DNA of 64,000 nt from Candidatus Nanosyncoccus sp. (GTDB taxonomy: Bacteria; Patescibacteriota; Saccharimonadia; Saccharimonadales; Saccharimonadaceae), in the NCBI GenBank assembly GCA_045641865.1, contig JAZUHW010000002.1:10872-74871 (forward strand). Reading direction: 5' to 3'. The position numbers and the translations under genes are program-made. Positions 1-9,205 of the stretch are shown in pieces; within the stretch, counting starts at the first letter, position 1, and every line of letters begins with the position of its first letter. The notes beneath the pieces are model-generated. The model saw nothing but the letters and a program-made list of their open reading frames with translations. It made no database searches and had not been told where the DNA came from.

Positions 1-526
1 CGTCAAGATTGCCAGTTGGCTCATCAGCGACGATGATTGGCGATTTGGTTGCTAACGCCCTCGCAATTGCAACGCGTTGTTGTTCCCCACCCGATAATTT
101 GTTTACTAAGCGTTTACTTTCTGTTTCGGTTAGCCCGACCTGTTTGAGATATTTTTGAGGATTATCATTTTTGCGTCCAGCAAAATCAATCGCAACCTGG
201 ACATTTTCACGCGCAGTCATATATTTAATCAAATTATAAGACTGAAAGACAATACTGACATATTTGAGCCGAAAAGCACTCAAACTTATTTCGCGTACCG
301 ATTCTTTACCATAAGTAATATCACCTCCTTGGGTTTTGTCAAGTGCTGAAATTAAGGATAACAGAGTAGTTTTGCCAGAACCTGATTCGCCTTTGATGGC
401 ATAAAGTTTCCCAGGCGCAAACTTTGCGTTGATTTTTTTGAGCACTCCGGTCGGCTGAGCCTGGTCGGTGTAGGTGTAAGATAGGTCTTTGACAATTAAT
501 TGTTTGGTATTTTTTGACTGAGTCAT
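1..526 (-). CDS. ABC transporter ATP-binding protein (N-terminal ~175 codons; C-terminus lies beyond the window start)
   Basis: Manual minus-strand translation from ATG 526-524: Walker [13 protein letters not shown] signature [15 protein letters not shown], Walker [13 protein letters not shown]. Starts 1 nt after the stop of the upstream permease gene. Confidence 0.9.
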   Translation of the reverse strand, partial: MTQSKNTKQLIVKDLSYTYTDQAQPTGVLKKINAKFAPGKLYAIKGESGSGKTTLLSLISALDKTQGGDITYGKESVREISLSAFRLKYVSIVFQSYNLIKYMTARENVQVAIDFAGRKNDNPQKYLKQVGLTETESKRLVNKLSGGEQQRVAIARALATKSPIIVADEPTGNLD

Positions 527-527
527 T

Positions 528-2000
528 TTATTCCTTTCCTTGTAAGATTTGCTTAGGTTGATAACGTAAGATGTTGATGGACGGGATCAAAAGTGCCAAT
601 AGAATAACACCGTAACCAGACGCAAATAATAGTAAGAAATCAATTGGTTTGGCGTTGATATCAATATCAGTCTGGGCTTGCTCAGGGCGACTTGGCGCAT
701 CATTACCTTCTGGCATTTCATCATCGTTTGGTGCTTCGGCTGGTGCTTGACCACCTTCTCCGGTGGTAGGACGACCGAAATTGTGTTCAGACTCAACTTG
801 GGCGGACGCAATTTGCGATTCCAAAATACCTTGCCCCATCACTTTGGCGAGGGCAGTGGCGGTACAGGTGCTAAGGGCGAAAGCAAGCGTACCGACCATA
901 GCCAACTCCACAAAGATCTGGCCGATAATATTAGATTTTTTAGCGCCGAGTGAGAGCAGGACGCCCATCTCATAACGGCGATCTTTGACGTTGATAGTGA
1001 CAATCAGCGTAATAATTGCGGCCGAAGCAACGATTACGATAATCAGTAAAGTTGTCGCAAAACTACCCACCGATTCAATTGGTCCGACCATTTGCTCATA
1101 AAGTGTAGTATCTTCTTTGGGAACAATCTTGTCCTCTGCTAATTCAGGATAATTGGTGGTAATTTCATTAATAAATTCGTTTATTTGCTCAGCGTTAACC
1201 AATTTATAGCTGACATCTTGGACTTTATAATTGCCATTATTATAATCATCGGTGCTGATTAATTTGGCGGCAGTATCCGTGTTCATATAAATAGTGTTTG
1301 CATCCATAAAATTCGAGGCAGAATCATAAATACCAATTACTTTTAGTTTAACTTCTTTGTTGGTGTAGATATTTGTAAAAGTAATAGTGCTATCAACTTT
1401 GAGGTTGTTGGCTTCGGCTAAATCAACAGAAATTAAGATTGAATCAGTGCTTTTTTCGTCAAAATAGGTGCCGCTGCTAAGAGTGGTGCTACCTTCGTCA
1501 ACGCCGTCAAGATAGGCATAGGCATTGATACCGTAAATTGTATAGGTGCCCTGGGTGGTAGCGCTAGAACTATTATTCCCTGGCCCGCCTGGCCCTCCGC
1601 CCATTTTTGGACCTTTACTTTCTACGGCGGTTAGGCTGCTAGCATTAGCGGTGGTAGAAATGACATAGGAATAATCTTTAACATAGCTAGATTTCGCAAT
1701 GGCATCAGCAGTCTTTTTGTTAACGGAAGGACGCTCAAACATTTTACCAGGTTCAAAATCAGCAGGCTGACTAGTGCCGTTTTTCATTTCTTGACGCATG
1801 GACGACATATCAGTTTGCAGCGAAACCGTACCACCGAGTGCTTCTTTCGCATATTCGGTCGATTCGTTGACGGCAGATTTAATAATCAATGTGGCTAAAA
1901 TTAAATTAGCCATTGCTAGGAAAATTAGGCCGATGATAATTGAACGACTAGGCTTGCGTTTGACGGACAGCCAGGCGCGTTTGAAAAGGTTTTTAAACAT
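528..2000 (-). CDS. ABC transporter permease, FtsX/MacB type
   Basis: 490-aa ORF with an N-terminal TM helix, a large extracytoplasmic domain and a C-terminal 3-TM FtsX-like bundle. Tightly coupled to the downstream ATPase. Confidence 0.8.
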   Translation of the reverse strand: MFKNLFKRAWLSVKRKPSRSIIIGLIFLAMANLILATLIIKSAVNESTEYAKEALGGTVSLQTDMSSMRQEMKNGTSQPADFEPGKMFERPSVNKKTADAIAKSSYVKDYSYVISTTANASSLTAVESKGPKMGGGPGGPGNNSSSATTQGTYTIYGINAYAYLDGVDEGSTTLSSGTYFDEKSTDSILISVDLAEANNLKVDSTITFTNIYTNKEVKLKVIGIYDSASNFMDANTIYMNTDTAAKLISTDDYNNGNYKVQDVSYKLVNAEQINEFINEITTNYPELAEDKIVPKEDTTLYEQMVGPIESVGSFATTLLIIVIVASAAIITLIVTINVKDRRYEMGVLLSLGAKKSNIIGQIFVELAMVGTLAFALSTCTATALAKVMGQGILESQIASAQVESEHNFGRPTTGEGGQAPAEAPNDDEMPEGNDAPSRPEQAQTDIDINAKPIDFLLLFASGYGVILLALLIPSINILRYQPKQILQGKE

Positions 2001-2071
2001 AGTGAATTATGCTCCGTTTAATAGTTGATGGCATAATTCTAATGTTTCAAACTTAAAATGGGTTTAAATTT

Positions 2072-2683
2072 TCAAAGTTGTAAAAGGGTGCGCAGATTCG
2101 CTTGAACTTGGTCAATGGTGGTTGTGGCATCAACGATTGGGATTTTAAATTGTTCAGCAATCTGTAAATAAGCGTGGTTAACTTTTTGTTGAAAATCGTC
2201 CGATTTGGCTTCAAAAGTTTCGGTTGCTTTGCCGCGATGCCCTTGACGAGATAGGCGCACGGCATCTGGAACAGTTAAAATTACGGCTTTATCTGGTTCC
2301 CAATAAGACTTGGGCAGACATTTTTTGGTCAGTTGAATAATTTTGCTATGCGAAACCCCTTCCCCATAGCCTTGGTAGGCTAACGTAGACCACCAGTTGC
2401 GAGCCGACAAGACATAACCACCAGCACGCAAAATCGGTTCAATAGTTTTGTGCCATAATTCTAAACGTGCCGCGGTAAAAAGTGCGACATTAGTCAAAGG
2501 TTCTAAATTATAACCCTTCTCATTGTCGACAATCAAATCGTGAATAATATGTGCTTGTTCTAAATCGCCATCGGGCTCGTGCACGGTGATGACTTTTTTA
2601 TCTTGCCTTCGTAGATGTTCAGCCAATAATTCTACTTGCGTAGATTTTCCAGTTCCGTCCTGCCCCTCGATTACGACATACAT
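2072..2683 (-). CDS. tmk: thymidylate kinase
   Basis: 203-aa ORF, N-terminal P-loop MYVVIEGQDGTGKSTQ and overall dTMP kinase layout. Ends on TGA. Confidence 0.9.
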   Translation of the reverse strand: MYVVIEGQDGTGKSTQVELLAEHLRRQDKKVITVHEPDGDLEQAHIIHDLIVDNEKGYNLEPLTNVALFTAARLELWHKTIEPILRAGGYVLSARNWWSTLAYQGYGEGVSHSKIIQLTKKCLPKSYWEPDKAVILTVPDAVRLSRQGHRGKATETFEAKSDDFQQKVNHAYLQIAEQFKIPIVDATTTIDQVQANLRTLLQL

Positions 2684-2689
2684 ACTAAT

Positions 2690-2698
2690 ATTATATCA
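2690..2698 (-). promoter_or_regulatory. extended -10 box TGATATAAT, 6 nt upstream of the tmk ATG (leaderless layout)
   Basis: Reverse complement of 2684-2698 reads TGATATAAT-attagt-ATG. No SD is present. Confidence 0.55.
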
Positions 2699-2701
2699 AA
2701 A

Positions 2702-3628
2702 TTAAAATTCTAAGGTGAAAGTGGTGAGTTTAGCCGATTTAGCATTGAGTTGCCAATGATTACGGTCGGCCAAAGATTTAGCAATGGATAAGCCAAGCCC
2801 AACGCCCTCGCGAGATTTATCGGCTTGATAAAAACGTTCAAAAATATGGGGCAAAACGGTTGGCTTAATTTTGGCGCCGTCATTTGAGATTAAGACAGAA
2901 CGCTCTTTTAGCTGAATAGTGATTTTGGTTTTACTATATTTAATAGCGTTATCAAGTAAAATTGTGAAAATCTGGGTAAAATCGGATAGATTGATTTTAG
3001 TGGGGTTTTGTGGACTGGCCCGAAAAGTTAATTTGAGCTTTTTGGCATCAATTTGCGACTGAGCAACGTCTATGACTTGTTGCAATTCGGTCTTAAGGCA
3101 AACAGTTTTGAGTTTTGGCTGGGTGGGCATTGTGTCAGTGCGTGCCAAGGCCAACATTTGGTTGTTTAATGAAGTTAATTTGTCGGTTTCGTAGGCGATA
3201 TTATCAATCCAATGGTTATTTTTAATATTGGCAGCTTCTAAATTGGCGTGGATAGCCGCCAATGGTGTTTTGATTTCATGAGACGCATTCGCAATAAAAG
3301 TTTTTTGGGCTTCATAGGTGTTTTTGATGGGTGTAATGGCTTTTTCGGCCAAAAAATATGAGATAATGGCGACAACAACTTCAACTAAAATCCCAGAAAT
3401 AATTAGCGTAGTTAATAAACTATCTAGTGAAGCTCGACGATCGGCGCCGATGCGCTCATCCATTATTTTAGAAGTGCCGGGTTCCATTTCGGCGGGTCCT
3501 TGGGGCATAGGACGGTCGAACATTGTGCGGGCCGAAATCATATAAATCGCTACAAAGACAATCAATAAAATACCGGTAGTGATACCGAGGTTAATCAAAA
3601 CAAAATGATTACGTAGTTTATTAAACAT
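2702..3628 (-). CDS. sensor histidine kinase (small periplasmic loop, HisKA + HATPase)
   Basis: 308-aa ORF with two N-terminal TM segments, H-box ANASHEIKTPLAAI, and N and G boxes in the C-terminal half. Confidence 0.85.
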   Translation of the reverse strand: MFNKLRNHFVLINLGITTGILLIVFVAIYMISARTMFDRPMPQGPAEMEPGTSKIMDERIGADRRASLDSLLTTLIISGILVEVVVAIISYFLAEKAITPIKNTYEAQKTFIANASHEIKTPLAAIHANLEAANIKNNHWIDNIAYETDKLTSLNNQMLALARTDTMPTQPKLKTVCLKTELQQVIDVAQSQIDAKKLKLTFRASPQNPTKINLSDFTQIFTILLDNAIKYSKTKITIQLKERSVLISNDGAKIKPTVLPHIFERFYQADKSREGVGLGLSIAKSLADRNHWQLNAKSAKLTTFTLEF

Positions 3629-4293
3629 TATTGCTTCCCTACTATTAATTTATAACCCAGATTACGCACGGCTTGAATTTTTACTTTAGAATTGACTTTT
3701 CGGAGTTTGCGACGCAAAAAACTGATATAAACTTCAACATAATTCTCGGTTTTGGCTGTGTTTTGGCCCCAAACATGTGCCAAAAGATGTTCTTTGTGCT
3801 GGATTTGGCCAGGTTGACGTATCAGAAGTTCTAGGATCTCGGCTTCTTTGTCGGTCAAAGACAACCCATTCAGCGTACGATTAGTTAAATCAAAGGTTAA
3901 GTCTTGATAAGTGATTTTGGTGGCTTTTTGCAGAGGCGGACGGCGCGTAATAGCCTTCAAACGTGCAATCAGTTCCGAAGTTTTAAAAGGTTTGGCCAGA
4001 TAATCATCAGCGCCTTTTTCTAACCCTTTGACTTTGTCTTCAACCTGCGACAAAGCCGACAGCATAATCACTGGCGTGGTGATACCACGTTGTCGAATAA
4101 TTTGCAGAATTTCCAAACCCGACAATTTTGGCAGCATAATGTCCAGCACAATCGCATCATAAACTGGTTGTTTGGCTAATTTGAGGCCAGTTTCGCCATC
4201 AGCGGCCCAATCAACCGCGATTTTAGCCTGTTTTAATAAATGAATTACCGCATCGGCTAAATATTTTTCGTCTTCTACGTATAAGATTCTCAT
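3628..4293 (-). CDS. OmpR-family response regulator
   Basis: 221-aa ORF with a receiver domain (DxxLPKLSG, KPF) plus a winged-helix C-terminus (VEVYISFLRRKL). 1-nt overlap with the kinase gene. Confidence 0.9.
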   Translation of the reverse strand: MRILYVEDEKYLADAVIHLLKQAKIAVDWAADGETGLKLAKQPVYDAIVLDIMLPKLSGLEILQIIRQRGITTPVIMLSALSQVEDKVKGLEKGADDYLAKPFKTSELIARLKAITRRPPLQKATKITYQDLTFDLTNRTLNGLSLTDKEAEILELLIRQPGQIQHKEHLLAHVWGQNTAKTENYVEVYISFLRRKLRKVNSKVKIQAVRNLGYKLIVGKQ

Positions 4294-4358
4294 AAGATAA
4301 TTTTATTATACCTTATTTAAACTAATCTTAAAAACTGAAGTGTAGTAAAATAAAGGTA

Positions 4359-5555
4359 ATGGAATTCACGATTGAGAAAAAACTGGCTAATGGTCTGGGG
4401 CGGGTTGGTACACTCAAAACTGCTCACGGCGAGATCAAAACCCCGGCTTTTTTGGTGGTAGGAACGCGTGGTGAAGTGCGTTACCTCAGTAATGATAATT
4501 TACGTGATTTAGGTGCACAGGCGATGCTTTGCAACGGTTATCATCTACGGGGGCAGGCACCAGAAATTGCCAAAGCCGGTGGTTTAGCTGCCTGGAACGG
4601 CTGGCAAGGCCCGACAGTCACAGATAGTGGTGGTTTTCAAGTGATGTCGCTTGGTTCTGGGCTTGGAAAAGTTGTAGCTATGGATAAAAAGCAGAATGTA
4701 GGTAATACCGCACATAAGGAACGTTTAGCGCACATCAGCGAAAAAGGTGTTGATTTCACAGATCCGTTTACAGGTGAACCGGACTTTATTGGTCCAGAAG
4801 AGTCTATGCAAATTCAATGTCAACTCGGTGCCGATATCCACATGGCTTTTGACGAGCTTACTTCCCTAGCCGATGATTATGATTATAATGTGGAGGCTCT
4901 GGAGCGCACCGAAAGATGGGCTGAACGTAGTTTGGAAGAGCATTTGAAGCATCGTGATGATTTAGGCTACCGCCAATATCTTTATGGCGTTTTACAGGGT
5001 GGACGTTGGGAAGATTTGCGGCGTCGGGCAGCGCAGTATTTGCGTGATTTAAAGGTTAACGGGCAAGGTTTTGACGGTTTTGGTCTGGGTGGTGCCTTTC
5101 TCAAAGAAGATTTGGGCGAAATTTTGCGTTGGTGTGACGAAGAATTGCCAGACGACAAACCAAGGCATTTACTAGGCTTGTCCCATCCCGATGATATTTT
5201 AGTTGGTGTGGAAATGGGTGCTGATACTTTTGACTGTGTAGCGCCAACACGCGAAGCTCGCCACGGCAAAATTTACACGCGTGACGGCAATATTAATTTG
5301 CGCAAATTTCACGATAGTCCAGAACTGCTGGATGCCGGTTGTGATTGTGCGACTTGTCAGGCTGGCTGGACCAGAGGTAAATTACGCGCTTTGTGGCGTT
5401 CTGGCGATAAAAAATTAAAAGAACAATATTACAATTTAGCTTCAGTTCACAACGTCCGTTTTATCATGCGTCTTTGCGAAGAAATTCGTACAGCAATTCT
5501 AAGTGACGATTTTGAGAATTATCGCGACCAATTTCTCAAACGTTATTACCATTAG
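4359..5555 (+). CDS. tgt: tRNA-guanine transglycosylase (queuine tRNA-ribosyltransferase family)
   Basis: 398-aa ORF with TPAFLVVGT, DSGGFQV and a CxCxxC zinc motif (GCDCATCQ). Confidence 0.85.
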   Translation: MEFTIEKKLANGLGRVGTLKTAHGEIKTPAFLVVGTRGEVRYLSNDNLRDLGAQAMLCNGYHLRGQAPEIAKAGGLAAWNGWQGPTVTDSGGFQVMSLGSGLGKVVAMDKKQNVGNTAHKERLAHISEKGVDFTDPFTGEPDFIGPEESMQIQCQLGADIHMAFDELTSLADDYDYNVEALERTERWAERSLEEHLKHRDDLGYRQYLYGVLQGGRWEDLRRRAAQYLRDLKVNGQGFDGFGLGGAFLKEDLGEILRWCDEELPDDKPRHLLGLSHPDDILVGVEMGADTFDCVAPTREARHGKIYTRDGNINLRKFHDSPELLDAGCDCATCQAGWTRGKLRALWRSGDKKLKEQYYNLASVHNVRFIMRLCEEIRTAILSDDFENYRDQFLKRYYH

Positions 5556-5591
5556 TATGATATAATAAGTTTAATAATTAAAGGAGAGGTT

Positions 5592-6755
5592 ATGGCCAGC
5601 CGTAAATTTCAAATTGATACCAAGACTTTTGTGCGTTTTTGGTTAGTTATTATTGCAGTAGTATTGTTGTTCTTGTTCGTGGGGCAAGCATGGGAAGGTT
5701 TCTTGATTGTTGGTATTGCGGCTTTCTTAGCGATTGCAATTCGTCCTTTGGCAAAATTATATGACCGTCTTTTTAGTACTAAAGAGAAAAAACGTTCGGG
5801 GTTGGCCGCTGGCGCAGCTTTTCTGTCGGTCGTGATCGGGATTGGTTTAATTGTGACTTTTGTGGCCCCTGTCGTGGTGAATGAAACAATTCGTTTCGTG
5901 AACGAGTTCCCGACTACTTTCCATGAAAAATTTGGCGGTTGGGAAGGCGTAAATAGATTTGGTCAGACTTTTGGTATCGATAATTTGCGGGGCACTATTC
6001 AAGACGGCGTCAATAATATGTCCAAAGATATCTTAGATAATATTGGTAGCAATGTGGCGTCAGGAGTGGGAACGGTGGCAAATATCGTGACCAACATTAT
6101 TTTAACTTTAGTGATTACTTTATTGCTATTAATTGATGGTCCTAAATTGGCTGACGGTTTTTGGAAACTGTTTGGCGGAACGCATGATCGTCACAAAAAA
6201 GCCCGTCTTAAACAGGCCCGTTCGACTATCCACGGCATGAAAGAAGTCATCGCAACTTATGTTTCTAGACAGCTTCTGATTGCGATTATGGACGGTTGTT
6301 TTGTGGCGTTGACCGTATTTATTTTGTCTCTTATTTTTGGCTTTTCCAGCGCCTTGGCGATCCCGATGGGCTTAATTACAATGACCTGTTACATGATTCC
6401 AATGTTTGGACCATTTATTGGAGCCGCTATCGTTACTATTATTTTACTCGTTAGTAACTTCTGGGCAGCATTAATCTTTGTGGTTGTTTATACTGTTTAC
6501 GGACAAATCGAAGCGAATGTGATTGCGCCGAAAATCCAAGGAGATGCTTTGAAGATGCCCGCGGTGGTAATTTTGATTGCTGTAGTTATTGGTGTTAAAT
6601 TCTGTGGTATTCTTGGCGCCCTCATTGCTATTCCAGTCGCTGGTTGTATTAAAGTTTTGATTGATGATTATCCAAAATATCGCGCAATTCGCGAAGCCAA
6701 ATACGATAAAGAATCTAAATCAAAAAACGTCACCACTATTGAAAGTGCTAAATAA
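5592..6755 (+). CDS. AI-2E family transporter (PerM-like permease)
   Basis: 387-aa polytopic membrane ORF with the typical AI-2E C-terminal segment (IPMFGPFIGA ... IAIPVAG). SD AAAGGAGAGG upstream. Confidence 0.7.
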   Translation: MASRKFQIDTKTFVRFWLVIIAVVLLFLFVGQAWEGFLIVGIAAFLAIAIRPLAKLYDRLFSTKEKKRSGLAAGAAFLSVVIGIGLIVTFVAPVVVNETIRFVNEFPTTFHEKFGGWEGVNRFGQTFGIDNLRGTIQDGVNNMSKDILDNIGSNVASGVGTVANIVTNIILTLVITLLLLIDGPKLADGFWKLFGGTHDRHKKARLKQARSTIHGMKEVIATYVSRQLLIAIMDGCFVALTVFILSLIFGFSSALAIPMGLITMTCYMIPMFGPFIGAAIVTIILLVSNFWAALIFVVVYTVYGQIEANVIAPKIQGDALKMPAVVILIAVVIGVKFCGILGALIAIPVAGCIKVLIDDYPKYRAIREAKYDKESKSKNVTTIESAK

Positions 6756-8177
6756 TTAATTCAAATATTGCCAAACTGGACCGTTTGGCGTGTCTTTGAC
6801 GGTCAGATTTTGTTGGGCTAGTTCGTCGCGTAGTTTGTCAGCGGTAGCGAAGTCTTTCTCGGCTCGTGCTGCTTCGCGTTTTGCGATTAAGTCTTTTTGC
6901 TCGGCTGTTATATCAGACGAATCGGCAATTAAGTTCAAGCCAAATAGTTCATCAATTTTTTGCCATTCTTCCATTGTAAAATCATTGCCGTCAATCAACG
7001 CAAATGCACCGGCAGAATTAAGATTGTTTTCTACATATGACAAAATATTCGTCAGTACCTCTTCGGGGTCGCGTCGCGACAGCCCGTCGTCACGGTTGTC
7101 GCGCGCTAATCCTCGCCGTGGCTCCGGACCCCCCTCAGAGGCATCTGACGCAATATTTTGTCGTAGTAGAGCAATCTTATTGCGCCAGTTCAATCGGCGT
7201 TGCTTGGCGGCGGCGAGATCTTCAAAGGTGAAGTTGCGATCAGATTGGTAATGTCCTTGCAAAACCCACATCTTATAATCCATCGGTGAGAAGCCTTTTT
7301 CGGCTAAATCAGCCAAAGTATAGGTATTCCCTAGCGATTTGGAGACTTTTTCGCCCTCAATCGTAATGAAATTACAATGCACCCAGTAATTAGATAGTGG
7401 TTTATCAAAAGCGGCCGTTGATTGCGCAATCTCATTGGTATGGTGAATTGGCACGTGGTCAATACCACCAGCATGAATGTCAATTGGCTCGCCCAGTTCG
7501 GTATGAATAATAGTAGAACATTCTAAATGCCAACCAGGATAACCCGGACGACCGAGATATTCCCATTGCATGGCGTGATCTTCGCCAGGTTGAATGAATT
7601 TCCAGACCGCAAAATCAGAGATATTGCGTTTTTCCTCGTTAAATTCAATACGTGCACCGGCTTGCAAATGCTCCAAATCTAAATGCGCAAATTTAGCATA
7701 ATCTGGGAATTTGCTGGTATCATAGTAGATTCCATCTTTGGTCTCGTAAGTATAGCCCTTCTCTGTTAAACGGTCCACTAAATCAATATCTTGCTTGATA
7801 TATTCAGTAGCCGGAGCAAATTTGGTGGGCTCAATTAAATTGAGCGCTCGATAATTTTCTAAGAAGTCTTTTTCATAAAACTCGGCAATTTCCCAAACGG
7901 TCTTCCCTTCACGCTTGGCGCCTTTTTCCATTTTGTCTTCGCCATCATCAGCGTCGGAAGCGAGATGCCCGACATCAGTAAAATTAATAATACGGTCAAC
8001 ATTATACCCTTGTGTCTGCAGCGCACGCACCAGTAAGTCCCAATAAATATAGGCAGCATAATTACCAATATGCTGATAGCCATAAACCGTCGGTCCACAA
8101 CTATACATTTTTACCCGTTTCGGGTCCTGGGGCTTGAATTCTACAACTTTGTGCTCGGGAGTATTATACAGTTTCAT
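6756..8177 (-). CDS. cysS: cysteine--tRNA ligase
   Basis: 473-aa ORF with a HIGH-type motif (YQHIGN), KMSKS-type motif (KVSKSLGN) and CysRS Zn-ligand context (CGPTVY, HLEC). Confidence 0.9.
   Translation of the reverse strand: MKLYNTPEHKVVEFKPQDPKRVKMYSCGPTVYGYQHIGNYAAYIYWDLLVRALQTQGYNVDRIINFTDVGHLASDADDGEDKMEKGAKREGKTVWEIAEFYEKDFLENYRALNLIEPTKFAPATEYIKQDIDLVDRLTEKGYTYETKDGIYYDTSKFPDYAKFAHLDLEHLQAGARIEFNEEKRNISDFAVWKFIQPGEDHAMQWEYLGRPGYPGWHLECSTIIHTELGEPIDIHAGGIDHVPIHHTNEIAQSTAAFDKPLSNYWVHCNFITIEGEKVSKSLGNTYTLADLAEKGFSPMDYKMWVLQGHYQSDRNFTFEDLAAAKQRRLNWRNKIALLRQNIASDASEGGPEPRRGLARDNRDDGLSRRDPEEVLTNILSYVENNLNSAGAFALIDGNDFTMEEWQKIDELFGLNLIADSSDITAEQKDLIAKREAARAEKDFATADKLRDELAQQNLTVKDTPNGPVWQYLN
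7041..7160. repeat. 120-bp GC-rich imperfect palindromic insert, in frame inside cysS
   Basis: Terminal inverted repeats CAAAATATTCGTCAG (7041-7055) and CTGACGCAATATTTTG (7145-7160). GC-rich core with GTCGCGTCGCGAC. Encodes a charged low-complexity stretch (ASDASEGGPEPRRGLARDNRDDGLSRRDPEEV). Confidence 0.5.
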
Positions 8178-9162
8178 TTTGCTCTTTCTCCAAATTAGTC
8201 AAAAGTTCGGGGATAATGGAGGTTAACTCTTTGATAACTTCTGCATAAGTGGTGTCATAGGTGCGGAAACCAGCCGCGTTGGGATGGCCGCCACCACCAA
8301 AATACCTAGCCACATCGGCCGCAATCGGCTGATTGGCTCGAATCTTCCCTGTTACTTTGCCATCTGGGTAGGTTTTGATGGCTACTGCCACCTGGACGCC
8401 TTCTACTAGGCGTAATTCGTCCAAAATCAACACCCCAGGATTATATTCATCAGAATATTCTTGAATATCTTCAAACGGAATGTGAACGGTTGCCAGGGTG
8501 CCGTCTTCGGAATAGTCAATTCTTTTAATCAAATCACCCTTATAGGCCAAGATGCGCTGTGATTTTTTCATAAATTCGCGGCGATGTTCTTCGTGCAGAG
8601 CAATATTCAGCCCAGCATCAACGCAGTCTGCCACAGCGCGGAAAGTTTCGGCTGTTACAGAGGCGCTAGTCAGCCCTAGCGTATCAGAGGCAATACCGGC
8701 ATAAAGGTTCTCGGCAACTTCTTTGCTCAGAGGTAATTCTTGGTCTTGAACAATACGATAAATCACCTCGCAACAGGCCGGGGCGCCTTCAATAATTGCA
8801 GTATGCTCAAAAGGCAAATCGTCTTCTTCCATATGATGGTCTATTACTAATACTGGCTGCGTTTCGAGGCGATTTTTAATCGCTGCATCATCAAGTAATT
8901 TCGATAGCAACACCTTACTGGCGGTATCAACGATGATATAACCGTCAGCCTTAAAATCAAATTCGTTCGTCACTCGCGACCAATCTGGAAAATAACGCAG
9001 ATATTTAGGGATATCAACCGGGCAATATAGTGAAATTTTATATTCATCTAGCAAATAATCCAGTGCCAACGCCGACCCCAGCGAGTCACCATCTGGGTTT
9101 TCTGCCTGGATAATACAGAGGTGTTTTTTATCTTGAATAAAATCTGAAAATTCTTTATACAT
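8164..9162 (-). CDS. DHH/DHHA1 phosphoesterase (NrnA-like oligoribonuclease/pAp phosphatase)
   Basis: 332-aa ORF with DHH motifs (NPDGDSLGS, VIDHH) and DHHA1 GGGGHPNAAG. Confidence 0.8.
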   Translation of the reverse strand: MYKEFSDFIQDKKHLCIIQAENPDGDSLGSALALDYLLDEYKISLYCPVDIPKYLRYFPDWSRVTNEFDFKADGYIIVDTASKVLLSKLLDDAAIKNRLETQPVLVIDHHMEEDDLPFEHTAIIEGAPACCEVIYRIVQDQELPLSKEVAENLYAGIASDTLGLTSASVTAETFRAVADCVDAGLNIALHEEHRREFMKKSQRILAYKGDLIKRIDYSEDGTLATVHIPFEDIQEYSDEYNPGVLILDELRLVEGVQVAVAIKTYPDGKVTGKIRANQPIAADVARYFGGGGHPNAAGFRTYDTTYAEVIKELTSIIPELLTNLEKEQNETV

Positions 9163-9190
9163 GTCTCCTTAATTATATCACAGAGGCTTA

Positions 9191-9199
9191 TGTTATAAT
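9191..9199 (+). promoter_or_regulatory. extended -10 box TGTTATAAT, 6 nt upstream of the rmuC ATG (leaderless layout)
   Basis: The sequence reads TGTTATAAT-gagctt-ATG. No SD is present. Confidence 0.55.
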
Positions 9200-9205
9200 G
9201 AGCTT

